Source: an uncultured archaeon (GTDB taxonomy: Archaea; Asgardarchaeota; Thorarchaeia; Thorarchaeales; Thorarchaeaceae). From it: 25,166 bases of DNA. The stretch is from positions 1 through 25,166 of the forward strand of contig CAZPWM010000041.1 in the NCBI GenBank assembly GCA_964590575.1, read 5' to 3'. Position numbers and translations under genes: made by a program. A model generated the notes under the pieces. That model was not told the origin of the DNA, searched no databases, and saw only the letters and a list, made by a program, of their open reading frames with translations. Position 1 is the first letter of the stretch. Each line of letters opens with the position of its first letter. This document shows, piece by piece, positions 1-8,421 of the stretch.

Positions 1-110
1 GCATTAGACAGGTATGTCCAAGGCAAGTAAATCAAGAAGAACAATGCTAATGCAATTGCGGACAGGTACTGAATAAGAGTCTTGAAATCCATTTGTTCAC
101 TCAAGCTCAT
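1..110 (-). CDS. Partial membrane or secreted protein, N-terminus only (MSLSEQMDFKTLIQYLSAIALALFFLIYLPWTYLSN...), running off the left edge
   Basis: ATG at 110-108 preceded by SD-like AAGGAGTGA. Open frame to the window edge with a hydrophobic helix. Translated by hand; not in the ORF track. Confidence 0.7.
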   Translation of the reverse strand, partial: MSLSEQMDFKTLIQYLSAIALALFFLIYLPWTYLSN

Positions 111-160
111 TTCACTCCTTGGCCAGAAGGCCCACGCATAGTCACAAGTTGCACTTTGTA

Positions 161-168
161 GTATAAAT
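161..168 (-). promoter_or_regulatory. Putative TATA box (ATTTATAC) for the partial gene starting at 110
   Basis: TTTATA on the minus strand about 50 nt upstream of the ATG, in an AT-rich intergenic region. Confidence 0.35.
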
Positions 169-309
169 CGCTGTTGATTTTCAAAAAAAGAGTTCGACAA
201 AAGCCGATTTATAGACATGAAACAAACTTTTTGAATATCATTTTTGCAGTCTATTGGCGCCCTTCGAGTATTAGAGCGATTTGGTCAACGATGCCTGTTT
301 TTGAGGATA

Positions 310-1590
310 TCATGCAAAGAATGTTAGTTGGAACTGATACATCACCCATACTCCAACGAAGAAGAACATCACTGAGAGCACAATGTAAAGTGCTGACGAC
401 ATTCGTCCTTTGAATGCAAAAAAGGCGACCCAAGCGGAAAGCATGATTCTTGGAGACGCTATTCCAGAGATGCCCTCCATACTCAAGGTGATCCACATAA
501 ACAAGACACCATATAATCCAAGCTCAGCATCATCCTTGAGAAGAATCAATGCTAATATGAGAAATGGTATCGTAAACATATACCTCTGTAGCATGAGTAG
601 AAATGGGTCAACACCCGGATTGATTTCTGTGAAATATCCTTCGAAAAACCATATGAATTGGTGATAAGGAGTAGACAAGGAATCCCCAAAAAAAATATGT
701 GAATCGAAGGCCACAAAGAAGCTCCCTGTCAATGATTGAAAATATAGAAAGACTGCTGAAACACAAACTGCGGGAATAGCGAACCACAATAACTGGAAAT
801 CAAATGCTTTCAAGAAGGATTTCTCTTCTTTGTACTTATCAATCAAATTTGAAAGAATGATGACGCCATAGATCAGTACAAGCAGACCGGATATGTATCG
901 AGTGAGGATGGCAAGCGTGGTAAAGATAGCACAAGGTAAGTACTGCTCTTTTTTGAAAAAATACCAAGAAGCAATTGCGAAGAATATGAATGGTGCTTCG
1001 GAATATGCTAAGGTCCCATAAGTTAGATATGTGGGGAACAATCCAAAAACCAGAGCAAGAAGACAAGACTTTTCATAATCCATATACATTCTAGCTACTA
1101 CATAGAAGGCGATTATCGATAAGAAATAGAAAACGTTTGAAACAAGAACTCCAGATAGATACAGATTACCCATGGCTTGATTGACCATAGCTATCATCCA
1201 GGGGTATACAGGCGCGAATGCAAAGAGAATGTCATTTTCTACTCCAGAGGGGTAACCATTTCTTGCAATCTCTAGGAAGTGATGCGAATCCCATCGATTT
1301 GCTAAAGCGAGCAACATATCAGAAGTTCCTGCAATGTCAGAGGGATCATACGGATTGAAAGAGAGCCAAGGAATCAAACCATCCAGAATCATCCAGTTGA
1401 GACAGGCAATAAGCAGGAGTTTTGCGATTGCTAATGAAATTATAACGCCCAGAAGAAGAAATGGGATTCTAGAGGATGTGAAGAATTCAATAAGCCACTT
1501 CAAGTGCATCTTGAATGGCGGTGGTTCCTGTTCCTCATCAGATTGTTCAAGATTGGGTAGAGTTTCAGCACCATTGTTGCTCAGCGTCAT
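310..1590 (-). CDS. GT-C fold lipid-phosphate-sugar-dependent glycosyltransferase, PIG-V/GPI mannosyltransferase 2-like
   Basis: Many TM helices. Motifs RWDSHHFLEIARNGY, FAFAPVYP and YSEAPF match the PIG-V-type RWD..F..IA..GY / AF.P.YP / YSE pattern. ATG at 1590, preceded by GAGGGG, preferred over the ORF-track start at 1632. Confidence 0.75.
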   Translation of the reverse strand: MTLSNNGAETLPNLEQSDEEQEPPPFKMHLKWLIEFFTSSRIPFLLLGVIISLAIAKLLLIACLNWMILDGLIPWLSFNPYDPSDIAGTSDMLLALANRWDSHHFLEIARNGYPSGVENDILFAFAPVYPWMIAMVNQAMGNLYLSGVLVSNVFYFLSIIAFYVVARMYMDYEKSCLLALVFGLFPTYLTYGTLAYSEAPFIFFAIASWYFFKKEQYLPCAIFTTLAILTRYISGLLVLIYGVIILSNLIDKYKEEKSFLKAFDFQLLWFAIPAVCVSAVFLYFQSLTGSFFVAFDSHIFFGDSLSTPYHQFIWFFEGYFTEINPGVDPFLLMLQRYMFTIPFLILALILLKDDAELGLYGVLFMWITLSMEGISGIASPRIMLSAWVAFFAFKGRMSSALYIVLSVMFFFVGVWVMYQFQLTFFA

Positions 1591-1749
1591 CCCCTCAATG
1601 CTAAGGACAATGATTGGTCGAAAGACACCCACTTGATATATTTGTTCCTTCCAGTATACAGCTATGCTAATGCTTTACAGAATCGACTCTCAAGTATATC
1701 ATCTTCTGAGGAGTGGCAAATATATAGTTCTTTGATAGAACAAAGTGCA

Positions 1750-2142
1750 ATGGCCGGGATGTACCAGCGACGCAGCGAAGAAGAGCAAAAACTGTCCTGT
1801 GCAGATGAAAACGTGGGTACTCGTTTTGTATCTGAAGCTAAGAACATGACGGGTCTTGTTCTAGAAGATGCAGGTTTTCGCCTAGATAGAAATCTACTTC
1901 TAAAACAACATGAGATGGTGGTTGAAGCACTGGAAGATGTATGGAATGGTGTAGAAAAAGGAGATATAGAGGTCGATTGCCTTCCATTACTGAGAACCGC
2001 ACGTAATGTATCTTGTCCAGAGATCAGTCGTAAACTTACTTCTCCTGAAATCGACCACACTAAATTAATCAGAGACCTTCGGCTTCTTGTGAACGTTTTC
2101 ACATACGTCATAAAACCGAAGAGGTCGAGATTTACGTTCTAG
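1750..2142 (+). CDS. Hypothetical soluble protein (~130 aa)
   Basis: Fills the gap between divergent and co-directional genes with globular composition. Likely ATG at 1750 (or 1759) rather than TTG 1633. No motif recognised. Confidence 0.6.
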   Translation: MAGMYQRRSEEEQKLSCADENVGTRFVSEAKNMTGLVLEDAGFRLDRNLLLKQHEMVVEALEDVWNGVEKGDIEVDCLPLLRTARNVSCPEISRKLTSPEIDHTKLIRDLRLLVNVFTYVIKPKRSRFTF

Positions 2143-2204
2143 CTGTCATTAATCCAACAAAGGAAGACTGAATACGCATTGAGCATCAAGCGTACTTGAT
2201 TGAA

Positions 2205-2960
2205 ATGAAAGCAGTATTGTTGGGGACTGGCACATCATATCCTGACCCTCAGCGGGTTCAGTCGGGTATTCTAATTGAAGAAGGAAACCAAAGGATTCTA
2301 CTAGACATAGGTTCAGGAATTCTTCATCGACTGACTCAACTCGAGATCGATATCAATACAATCGACTCAGTCTTCATAAGTCACTTCCATATCGATCACT
2401 GTGCAGATTTTCTCCCCCTGTGTCAAAGCCTGTGGTTATCAGGTCATGATAAAATCTTGAATCTTTTTGCGCCTCCTGAAGTTAGAGAGTGGTCTAGAGG
2501 AATGTACGATATTGCATTCAAATATCTGAGAGAAAAAATACTGATCCAGACGACTGTGTTGAATGAAAATCATGTCATCCCCATAGGAAACCTTAGTGTG
2601 GTAGCTGGTCTAACAACACATGGTAACTATGACACACGTGCGTTCAAGGTAGAACACGAAGGAAAGACTCTGACATACTCATCAGATACTGCTCCCTGTA
2701 GAGATATGATTGATTTAGCTAAAGGTACTGACATTTTGATACACGAGTGTAATTGGTTAGATGGACCTCATCCCGAAGGTATTCATACAAGCCCAAGTGA
2801 ACTGGCTCAAATCGTGGAGAAAATCAACCCATCAAAAATTGTATTGACTCACATCTCGCCAGAGGTGGTAAAACACAAGGACAAGGTCATTGAAATTGTA
2901 GGTAGGCGAACAAGCGCGGAAGTTGTCCTAGGTGAGGACCTCATGATTCTTGAACTATGA
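2205..2960 (+). CDS. MBL-fold metallo-hydrolase, RNase Z/ElaC/AtsA-like
   Basis: N-terminal LGTGTSYP, HFHIDH (HxHxDH), YSSDT, LIHEC, HTSP and LTH motifs. ATG at 2205, alternative TTG at 2196. Confidence 0.85.
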   Translation: MKAVLLGTGTSYPDPQRVQSGILIEEGNQRILLDIGSGILHRLTQLEIDINTIDSVFISHFHIDHCADFLPLCQSLWLSGHDKILNLFAPPEVREWSRGMYDIAFKYLREKILIQTTVLNENHVIPIGNLSVVAGLTTHGNYDTRAFKVEHEGKTLTYSSDTAPCRDMIDLAKGTDILIHECNWLDGPHPEGIHTSPSELAQIVEKINPSKIVLTHISPEVVKHKDKVIEIVGRRTSAEVVLGEDLMILEL

Positions 2961-2962
2961 AC

Positions 2963-3403
2963 TCAGGGGTATTGAAAGCCAGACCTTCTTGGGCCATACA
3001 TGCGTTTAATATTGGCAACGCCAAAAACACCACCTAGTATAAACATGGGAGACCAAGAAGCCAGTTCGCTGAATTCGGGCCAGATAGGAGGAGTTAGACC
3101 TTGACTGAGAGCCAACCCGTTAACTACGAGGACAATGAAAAATGTCAAGGAGTAACAGAGATTAACTACTGCAGCTTTTCGGGCAAATGAGAGTTCGTAG
3201 GTGTTTACAATGTGTCTAGTGTCTCGTAGTAAAATAATAACAAACAACATTGTGAATGCAATCAAAGCAGGATACGAGAACATCCAGAAGAGAATGTATC
3301 CAACCAGAACAAGTACTATATAGACAGCGTATGTACCAAGGGGATTGAAGGGACGCGATTGGGGTATTGCTGGCTTTTTTTGCTCAGTCGGTTCCTCCGT
3401 CAT
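2963..3403 (-). CDS. Hypothetical membrane protein (~4 TM)
   Basis: 146-aa ORF with hydrophobic segments. GGTGTGAG SD-like sequence upstream. Confidence 0.75.
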   Translation of the reverse strand: MTEEPTEQKKPAIPQSRPFNPLGTYAVYIVLVLVGYILFWMFSYPALIAFTMLFVIILLRDTRHIVNTYELSFARKAAVVNLCYSLTFFIVLVVNGLALSQGLTPPIWPEFSELASWSPMFILGGVFGVANIKRMYGPRRSGFQYP

Positions 3404-3477
3404 TACATCTCACACCTTGGCATTCTCGTCATATCATATAACTGGGGGCTTAGGAGCAAAAGATAGTCAGTTTTCGA

Positions 3478-3508
3478 TGACATGACCTTACCATGTCAAT
3501 GTTTAAAA
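3478..3508. promoter_or_regulatory. Inverted repeat TGACATG-N7-CATGTCA directly upstream of a TATA-like TTTAAAA in a divergent promoter
   Basis: Perfect 7-bp arms at 3478-3484 and 3492-3498; TTTAAAA at 3502-3508. Confidence 0.45.
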
Positions 3509-3565
3509 CATATGAGAACTCTATCCAACGTAGAACTCGATACAACATAACCGAGTCGATGAATT

Positions 3566-4447
3566 ATGGCCGACGCGATAGAGTGGACAAACGCCAGTCC
3601 AGACCACATTGTTTGGCGTTATCCGGATAATAGGATTAGTTGGGGATCACAGCTTATTGTATTGGAAAACCAAGCTGCCATCTTCTATAGGGATGGGAAA
3701 GCTTTGGATACTTTCCTTGCTGGACGTCACAAACTGACCACTAGTAGTATGCCTGGTCTTGTAGGTTGGTTGCAGAAGAAGGTAAAGGGCGATGTCTTTG
3801 AAGCCACTTGTATCTTCATCTCACGCTCACAGTTCCAGGGCAAGTATGGAGGAAGAGGTCAGACAAGTGACTTGGCACCCCTAATGTTCCATGGCAACTT
3901 CTGGTTTAGGGTCAAAGAACACAAGATCTTCGTGAACGAAGTAGTCAGCAACCAAAATGCTTACTCAACAAGCAAAGTCAATGATTTCCTACGCTCATTC
4001 ATGAACGAGCAAATTATTGACGAGTTTGCCCATTATGATCTTCAAGCAGTCTTCACACAGCTAGATGAAACCTCTCTCAAAGTCAAGACCAAAGTTCGTA
4101 TGAACTTCGAGAGAATCGGTCTAGAGCTTGTGGACCTGAAATTTGAAGGCATAGACACCACAGAGAAGTATAGAGAACGACTCTTCTTCATGAAGACAGG
4201 TGGGGTGAGCGGATCACAATTGCTGGGTTCAGAAACTGTCAAGTCTTCAGCTGAATCTCTTGGAAAAAGTCCAGGTGCTGGCTTTGGAGCCGGCATGGGA
4301 TTCATGGCAGGAGCCTCAGGTATGATGCAGGGAGGACAGCAAGGAGGACCAGCAGGCACTCCAGCTGGTGCTAAGTTCTGCGCGAACTGCGGTACAGCCA
4401 TAGAAGGAGCCAAGTTCTGTCCGAACTGTGGATCCAAAGTAGGATAA
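3566..4447 (+). CDS. SPFH/band-7 domain protein (YdjI-like) with C-terminal double zinc ribbon
   Basis: IVWRYP..I.WGSQLIVLENQAAIFYRDGKALD...GRHKLTT N-terminus, GAGFGAGMG Gly-rich linker, C-terminal FCANCG...FCPNCG. Confidence 0.85.
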   Translation: MADAIEWTNASPDHIVWRYPDNRISWGSQLIVLENQAAIFYRDGKALDTFLAGRHKLTTSSMPGLVGWLQKKVKGDVFEATCIFISRSQFQGKYGGRGQTSDLAPLMFHGNFWFRVKEHKIFVNEVVSNQNAYSTSKVNDFLRSFMNEQIIDEFAHYDLQAVFTQLDETSLKVKTKVRMNFERIGLELVDLKFEGIDTTEKYRERLFFMKTGGVSGSQLLGSETVKSSAESLGKSPGAGFGAGMGFMAGASGMMQGGQQGGPAGTPAGAKFCANCGTAIEGAKFCPNCGSKVG

Positions 4448-4456
4448 TATTAACAG

Positions 4457-4492
4457 ATGGTTGGGCTTGGTGCCCAACCGTTTTTCGTTTTT
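4457..4492 (+). terminator. Hairpin plus U-tract terminator after the SPFH gene, in the convergent gap
   Basis: GGTTGGGC-ttggt-GCCCAACC perfect 8-bp stem (4459-4479) followed by gTTTTTcgTTTTT. Confidence 0.7.
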
Positions 4493-4503
4493 GAGATTCT
4501 ATA

Positions 4504-6339
4504 TCACATTAGACCGGAGTATTTTCGATACAGAATGATTGCCACACCAAGTAATATGACTGCGCCTATTGGAAAAACTATCAATGTCATAAGATCAGTA
4601 TCTTGCTCTGCTACCTGCGGGTCTGTTCCTTCCATGTACTCCACGAGGTTGCTTCGCCCATCTTCATCAGGATCAAGGTCTGCATCATTTACCAATGGGT
4701 CGAGTCCATTCTCAAGTTCAAAGAGGTCTGGAATCTGATCTAAATCAGTATCGCTATTTAGAGGATTCAGACCATGAAGGAACTCGTCTGAGTTTATAAC
4801 GCCATCAACATCCGGATCATCAGCAGCATCAGCAGGGTCCGTTGGGTCAAAGCCATACTCATATTCCCAGTCATCAGACATCGTATCCGAGTCAGAGTCA
4901 GGGTTATCGACCTCAGTTCCAATAATTATCTCCATTGCATCGGTCAATGAATCCAGATCAGTATCAGTGTGAAAGAGCGTACTATCGAGCCAGTACTCAT
5001 TTCTATCGAGGACACCATTAGCATCTACATCTGTATCATATTCAATTACAACCTCGTATCCGATGTAGACCTCTTCAATATTACGAATCTCAAGTTGATA
5101 TAATCCAGGTTGAGTAAGGGGTGTATTAAGCACAGGGCTGAAGTCCCACGCAGACGCATTTGTAGACGTAAAACTATCTACCTCAGTAGAACTAGGACTG
5201 AGGAGCCTGAAGGTCACGCCTCCACCAAACCACCGACATGTTACGTTAAGTTGTGTTGGAGCGGTGATTGCTAAGGGATAAGTACGATTTGTTTGGGGGA
5301 AGATGTTTCCATTAAGAAAGTGTCGTGTTTTTTCACCGTAAGCACGACTCATAGAGAAAGCAATACTAGCACCAATTGCCCCGGTGAGTGTTCGCCCAAG
5401 AAGATAAGTGAAAGATGTGTAACTAGGCACATCCGCAGCAGTACCTGATACTGTATCAAAGAAATAACCAGATTCATAGGCACAGACGACACTCCGATAT
5501 CCTTCCTGATAAAATCGAATGTGATCAGATTGAGTCCATATTGGAAATGTATCAGAAGGCATCAGACTGAAAACATCTTGTCCATACATATTCCCAATCA
5601 TCTTTACTAATTCAGCCCAATATTGACTTGTTTGATATGGTGAAATATCAGCATAGCCTAAGAGGATTCGTTCGTTTATGTGTGCCCAGCGGTATTGATA
5701 TAGAATTGTATCAACGTTGTATAGTGCCGCAATCTCAAGACCATCATCCTCCCAGATCTTTGCTACCTCTTTACTTCCTTGAAAGGGTACTCCCAAGGGG
5801 ATGGGAATAGCTGCATTGAATGCAACAAAATAGATGTCAAGAGGCCATTCATATTGGGACATCACTCGAGCCAATTCTAGAACAAATGCAACTCCGCTTC
5901 CATCACTATTGGCTCCGGGCGAACCTTCATTACTGTCATAATGAGCACTGACTACAAAAACTGGATGTTCGCCAGGTAGATAACCGGGGAGGCGTCCGAC
6001 TACATTATCGTAGACCCCAACAAGCTCAACCTCAATTCGTCCATATGATACTGCCGCAAGCTGTTCTGCTACCCAGTTTCTTGCTGCAATGTTATTCTCT
6101 CTGTTTCTAGTAAATCGAGAACCAAAATCTGAAAGTCCTTGAACAAAGCTCTCATATGAGCTCGTTTGAACCGCAGCGTAGATTTCAGAAGCAAGGTTTG
6201 TTCCATATACTCTAACTGGTTCTTGTTGCCCCGCAGCAACTAAAGCAGGTAGTTGCGTAGTCTGTATCGACAAGCCACCCAATGTAGGAGTAGTTGATAA
6301 TGTGACTATGACGAAGACTACAAGGAACAACCTTCTCAT
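4504..6339 (-). CDS. Membrane-anchored extracellular M28 peptidase-fold protein with Asp-rich Ca-binding repeats; active site degenerate
   Basis: Signal peptide (MRRLFLVVFVIV; ATG at 6339 preferred over 6387). M28 motifs NVVGRLPG, SAHYDS, GANSDGSG, LELAR, NVDTI and SDH. A beta-rich domain, DxDxDG repeats, and a C-terminal TM helix followed by RK. Confidence 0.8.
   Translation of the reverse strand: MRRLFLVVFVIVTLSTTPTLGGLSIQTTQLPALVAAGQQEPVRVYGTNLASEIYAAVQTSSYESFVQGLSDFGSRFTRNRENNIAARNWVAEQLAAVSYGRIEVELVGVYDNVVGRLPGYLPGEHPVFVVSAHYDSNEGSPGANSDGSGVAFVLELARVMSQYEWPLDIYFVAFNAAIPIPLGVPFQGSKEVAKIWEDDGLEIAALYNVDTILYQYRWAHINERILLGYADISPYQTSQYWAELVKMIGNMYGQDVFSLMPSDTFPIWTQSDHIRFYQEGYRSVVCAYESGYFFDTVSGTAADVPSYTSFTYLLGRTLTGAIGASIAFSMSRAYGEKTRHFLNGNIFPQTNRTYPLAITAPTQLNVTCRWFGGGVTFRLLSPSSTEVDSFTSTNASAWDFSPVLNTPLTQPGLYQLEIRNIEEVYIGYEVVIEYDTDVDANGVLDRNEYWLDSTLFHTDTDLDSLTDAMEIIIGTEVDNPDSDSDTMSDDWEYEYGFDPTDPADAADDPDVDGVINSDEFLHGLNPLNSDTDLDQIPDLFELENGLDPLVNDADLDPDEDGRSNLVEYMEGTDPQVAEQDTDLMTLIVFPIGAVILLGVAIILYRKYSGLM
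4610..5045 (-). repeat. Coding repeats of DxDxD(G)xxDxxE...G.DP type (thrombospondin type-3-like Ca-binding), about 6 copies
   Basis: DTDVDANGVLD, DTDLDSLTD, DSDSDTMSD, DPDVDGVIN, DTDLDQIPD and DPDEDGRSN in the translation. Confidence 0.8.
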
Positions 6340-6485
6340 GGGACCGTCGCAGTTTTTCCTGCTGAATAAACTTAGCTCTACCCGCAAACAATTCGGGAAT
6401 GACTTATTTCTGCAATCATTGTAGTATGGAGCTGCACTTGATAGGAGGCATACCTAGAAAAAGCAAGGTATAGGATTGTGGAAAT

Positions 6486-8381
6486 ATGCGGCAGGACTAT
6501 AGTTATCAAGCGGTTAATGATGAAGCCGTGAGGTCAACAAAGTCCATCAAGAAAAGTACAGGATCATATTACACACCTGGACATCTTGCTAACTTGATAA
6601 CGCAGGACTCTATTTTCAAGTGGCTTTCAGAAAGAGTATCTTCCACAATAAGGAATATTGAAGATCTAGATGGCTTGAGTTCAAATAGGCGAAACACACT
6701 CCTCAATAATATCAAATGTGTTACTATTCTTGATCCAGCAGTTGGAGAGGGAGTATTTCTTCTCGCTGCAGCTAATTGGCTTAGAAAGATCCGAATCAGC
6801 CTTGGTGATAATGATGGAGAAAAGAACCTAAGACAATCAATTGTAGCAGATTGTCTATTCGGTGTGGATTTAGCTCCGCACGCAATCATAACCTGCAAGA
6901 ATAAGATAAGCAACTGGATCAACAAAGAAGAAAAATCAAACACCAAAATGAATATTCGATATGGAAATAGCCTCGTTGGATATGTTAAAATCCCGACCAG
7001 CATAGAAACCTTATCGATGAATGAGTTGGATAATTCTCTCCTTCGTACAATTCATCCACGTGACCCCAGAAAGATTTTGAACATCTATAATGCAGCGAAA
7101 CCATTTCATTGGGGATTGGAATTTCAAAACGTATTTCGTAGCAAGAATTCGGGATTCGATATTGTAATTGGTAACCCACCCTATGGAAGTATCCTTGGGT
7201 CAATAGAGAGACCATTCATTACAACACTGTATCCATACAATGTTGGAGGGGGAAAAAGTGGTACATGGAATAGTGCCGCACATTTTCTTGTCAGGGCATC
7301 ATCTTTGATGAAAGAAGGAGCACAACTTGGTTTTCTTGTGCCTAACAGTTTCTTAAGAGTGAAGCAGTTTTCAAAGATAAGGAACTTTCTTCTGAATCAC
7401 CTCAATCTCTGGAAGATTGTAGATGAAGGGAATCCTTTCGAAGAAGTCACACTTGAGATGGTTAGCTTGTACTGTGGAATGACTCAAGGTGATGGTGAGC
7501 ACAAAATCATTGTGGAGTCAAGAAGGTATAACCTTGAACAATCTAATGTTCTGTCTTCACGGGTGCTCGAGGAAAGTAGAGTCTTTTCAATCTATCATGA
7601 TCATATCTTTTCAAAGATTCTCGAGAGAGGTCAGAAAGGTCTTCTTGTGGCAGGAAGAGGGCGTGATATCCCAAAAGAACATGTGAGGAAGAAACTGACA
7701 TCCAAATTTAAGACACCATACATTACGAGTGGAAGAAGTGTTCAGAGGTATGGTCTGAAAACCCAACATGTGTACTACACTGATGATTGGTTTTGGCAAG
7801 ATTCTGCGTTGAAGGACTCGTTTGAAAACGAATTACTTGTAGCCACAAAGAACTACAGATACCCAAGGTGTATCATGAAACCAAGAGGGATGATACACGG
7901 TGGAGGTATTGTTAGGATCACACCCCTCGACTACAATGTCGACCTCCGCACTCTTGGTTTAATTCTGAATTCGCGACTTGTAAAACAGATATCCATTAGG
8001 TATCTAACTAACTATTCTCAACTCACTTGTTGTCTGAACACCGGCATCATGGAAGATTTACCACTTGTACTACCTAAGCATCCTCGTGTGTACAGAAACC
8101 TCTTTGACACATTAAGTCAACTTCATTCCGACCAGAAGGAAAAGACTAACAAAGAGTATATTCCAGCTCTCGACAGATTAGCGGATGCACTCGTTTATTC
8201 GTTATATTTTGGAGATGACGAATTCGAACAACAAGTAAGCAAAGGTAGGAATGACCTTTCCGTAACTGCTCAAGAACCAGATATTATCAAGATGGTTGAT
8301 GAAATCTTGGAAAATCCCGTTGTTAAAGAACTAGAACATCTTTGTAATGTTCCTGCAACAAGAAAGAGTCGTAGATACTGA
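6486..8381 (+). CDS. N6-adenine DNA methyltransferase, gamma class (TaqI/Eco57I methylase-like), with C-terminal target-recognition region
   Basis: GSYYTP (motif X), ILDPAVGEGVFL (motif I), LFGVD, GNSL, FHWGLEF and FDIVIGNPPY (motif IV). Start uncertain; GTG at 6528 is an alternative. Confidence 0.9.
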   Translation: MRQDYSYQAVNDEAVRSTKSIKKSTGSYYTPGHLANLITQDSIFKWLSERVSSTIRNIEDLDGLSSNRRNTLLNNIKCVTILDPAVGEGVFLLAAANWLRKIRISLGDNDGEKNLRQSIVADCLFGVDLAPHAIITCKNKISNWINKEEKSNTKMNIRYGNSLVGYVKIPTSIETLSMNELDNSLLRTIHPRDPRKILNIYNAAKPFHWGLEFQNVFRSKNSGFDIVIGNPPYGSILGSIERPFITTLYPYNVGGGKSGTWNSAAHFLVRASSLMKEGAQLGFLVPNSFLRVKQFSKIRNFLLNHLNLWKIVDEGNPFEEVTLEMVSLYCGMTQGDGEHKIIVESRRYNLEQSNVLSSRVLEESRVFSIYHDHIFSKILERGQKGLLVAGRGRDIPKEHVRKKLTSKFKTPYITSGRSVQRYGLKTQHVYYTDDWFWQDSALKDSFENELLVATKNYRYPRCIMKPRGMIHGGGIVRITPLDYNVDLRTLGLILNSRLVKQISIRYLTNYSQLTCCLNTGIMEDLPLVLPKHPRVYRNLFDTLSQLHSDQKEKTNKEYIPALDRLADALVYSLYFGDDEFEQQVSKGRNDLSVTAQEPDIIKMVDEILENPVVKELEHLCNVPATRKSRRY

Positions 8382-8421
8382 TGCTTAAATACGTGAACAG
8401 ATGCAAGCATCAGGAGAAAGA

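Noticed and set aside
174-496. Short ORFs 174..413 (+) and 251..496 (-)
   Set aside because: They overlap the mannosyltransferase, have no motifs, and run into AT-rich intergenic DNA.
2205-2960. Assigning the gene symbol rnz
   Set aside because: At about 250 aa it appears to lack the tRNA-binding exosite arm, so only the family-level call is supported.
4610-5045. Repetitive TCATC/GTCAG-rich DNA as a possible CRISPR or tandem array
   Set aside because: Explained by Asp-rich coding repeats; no constant repeat-spacer period.
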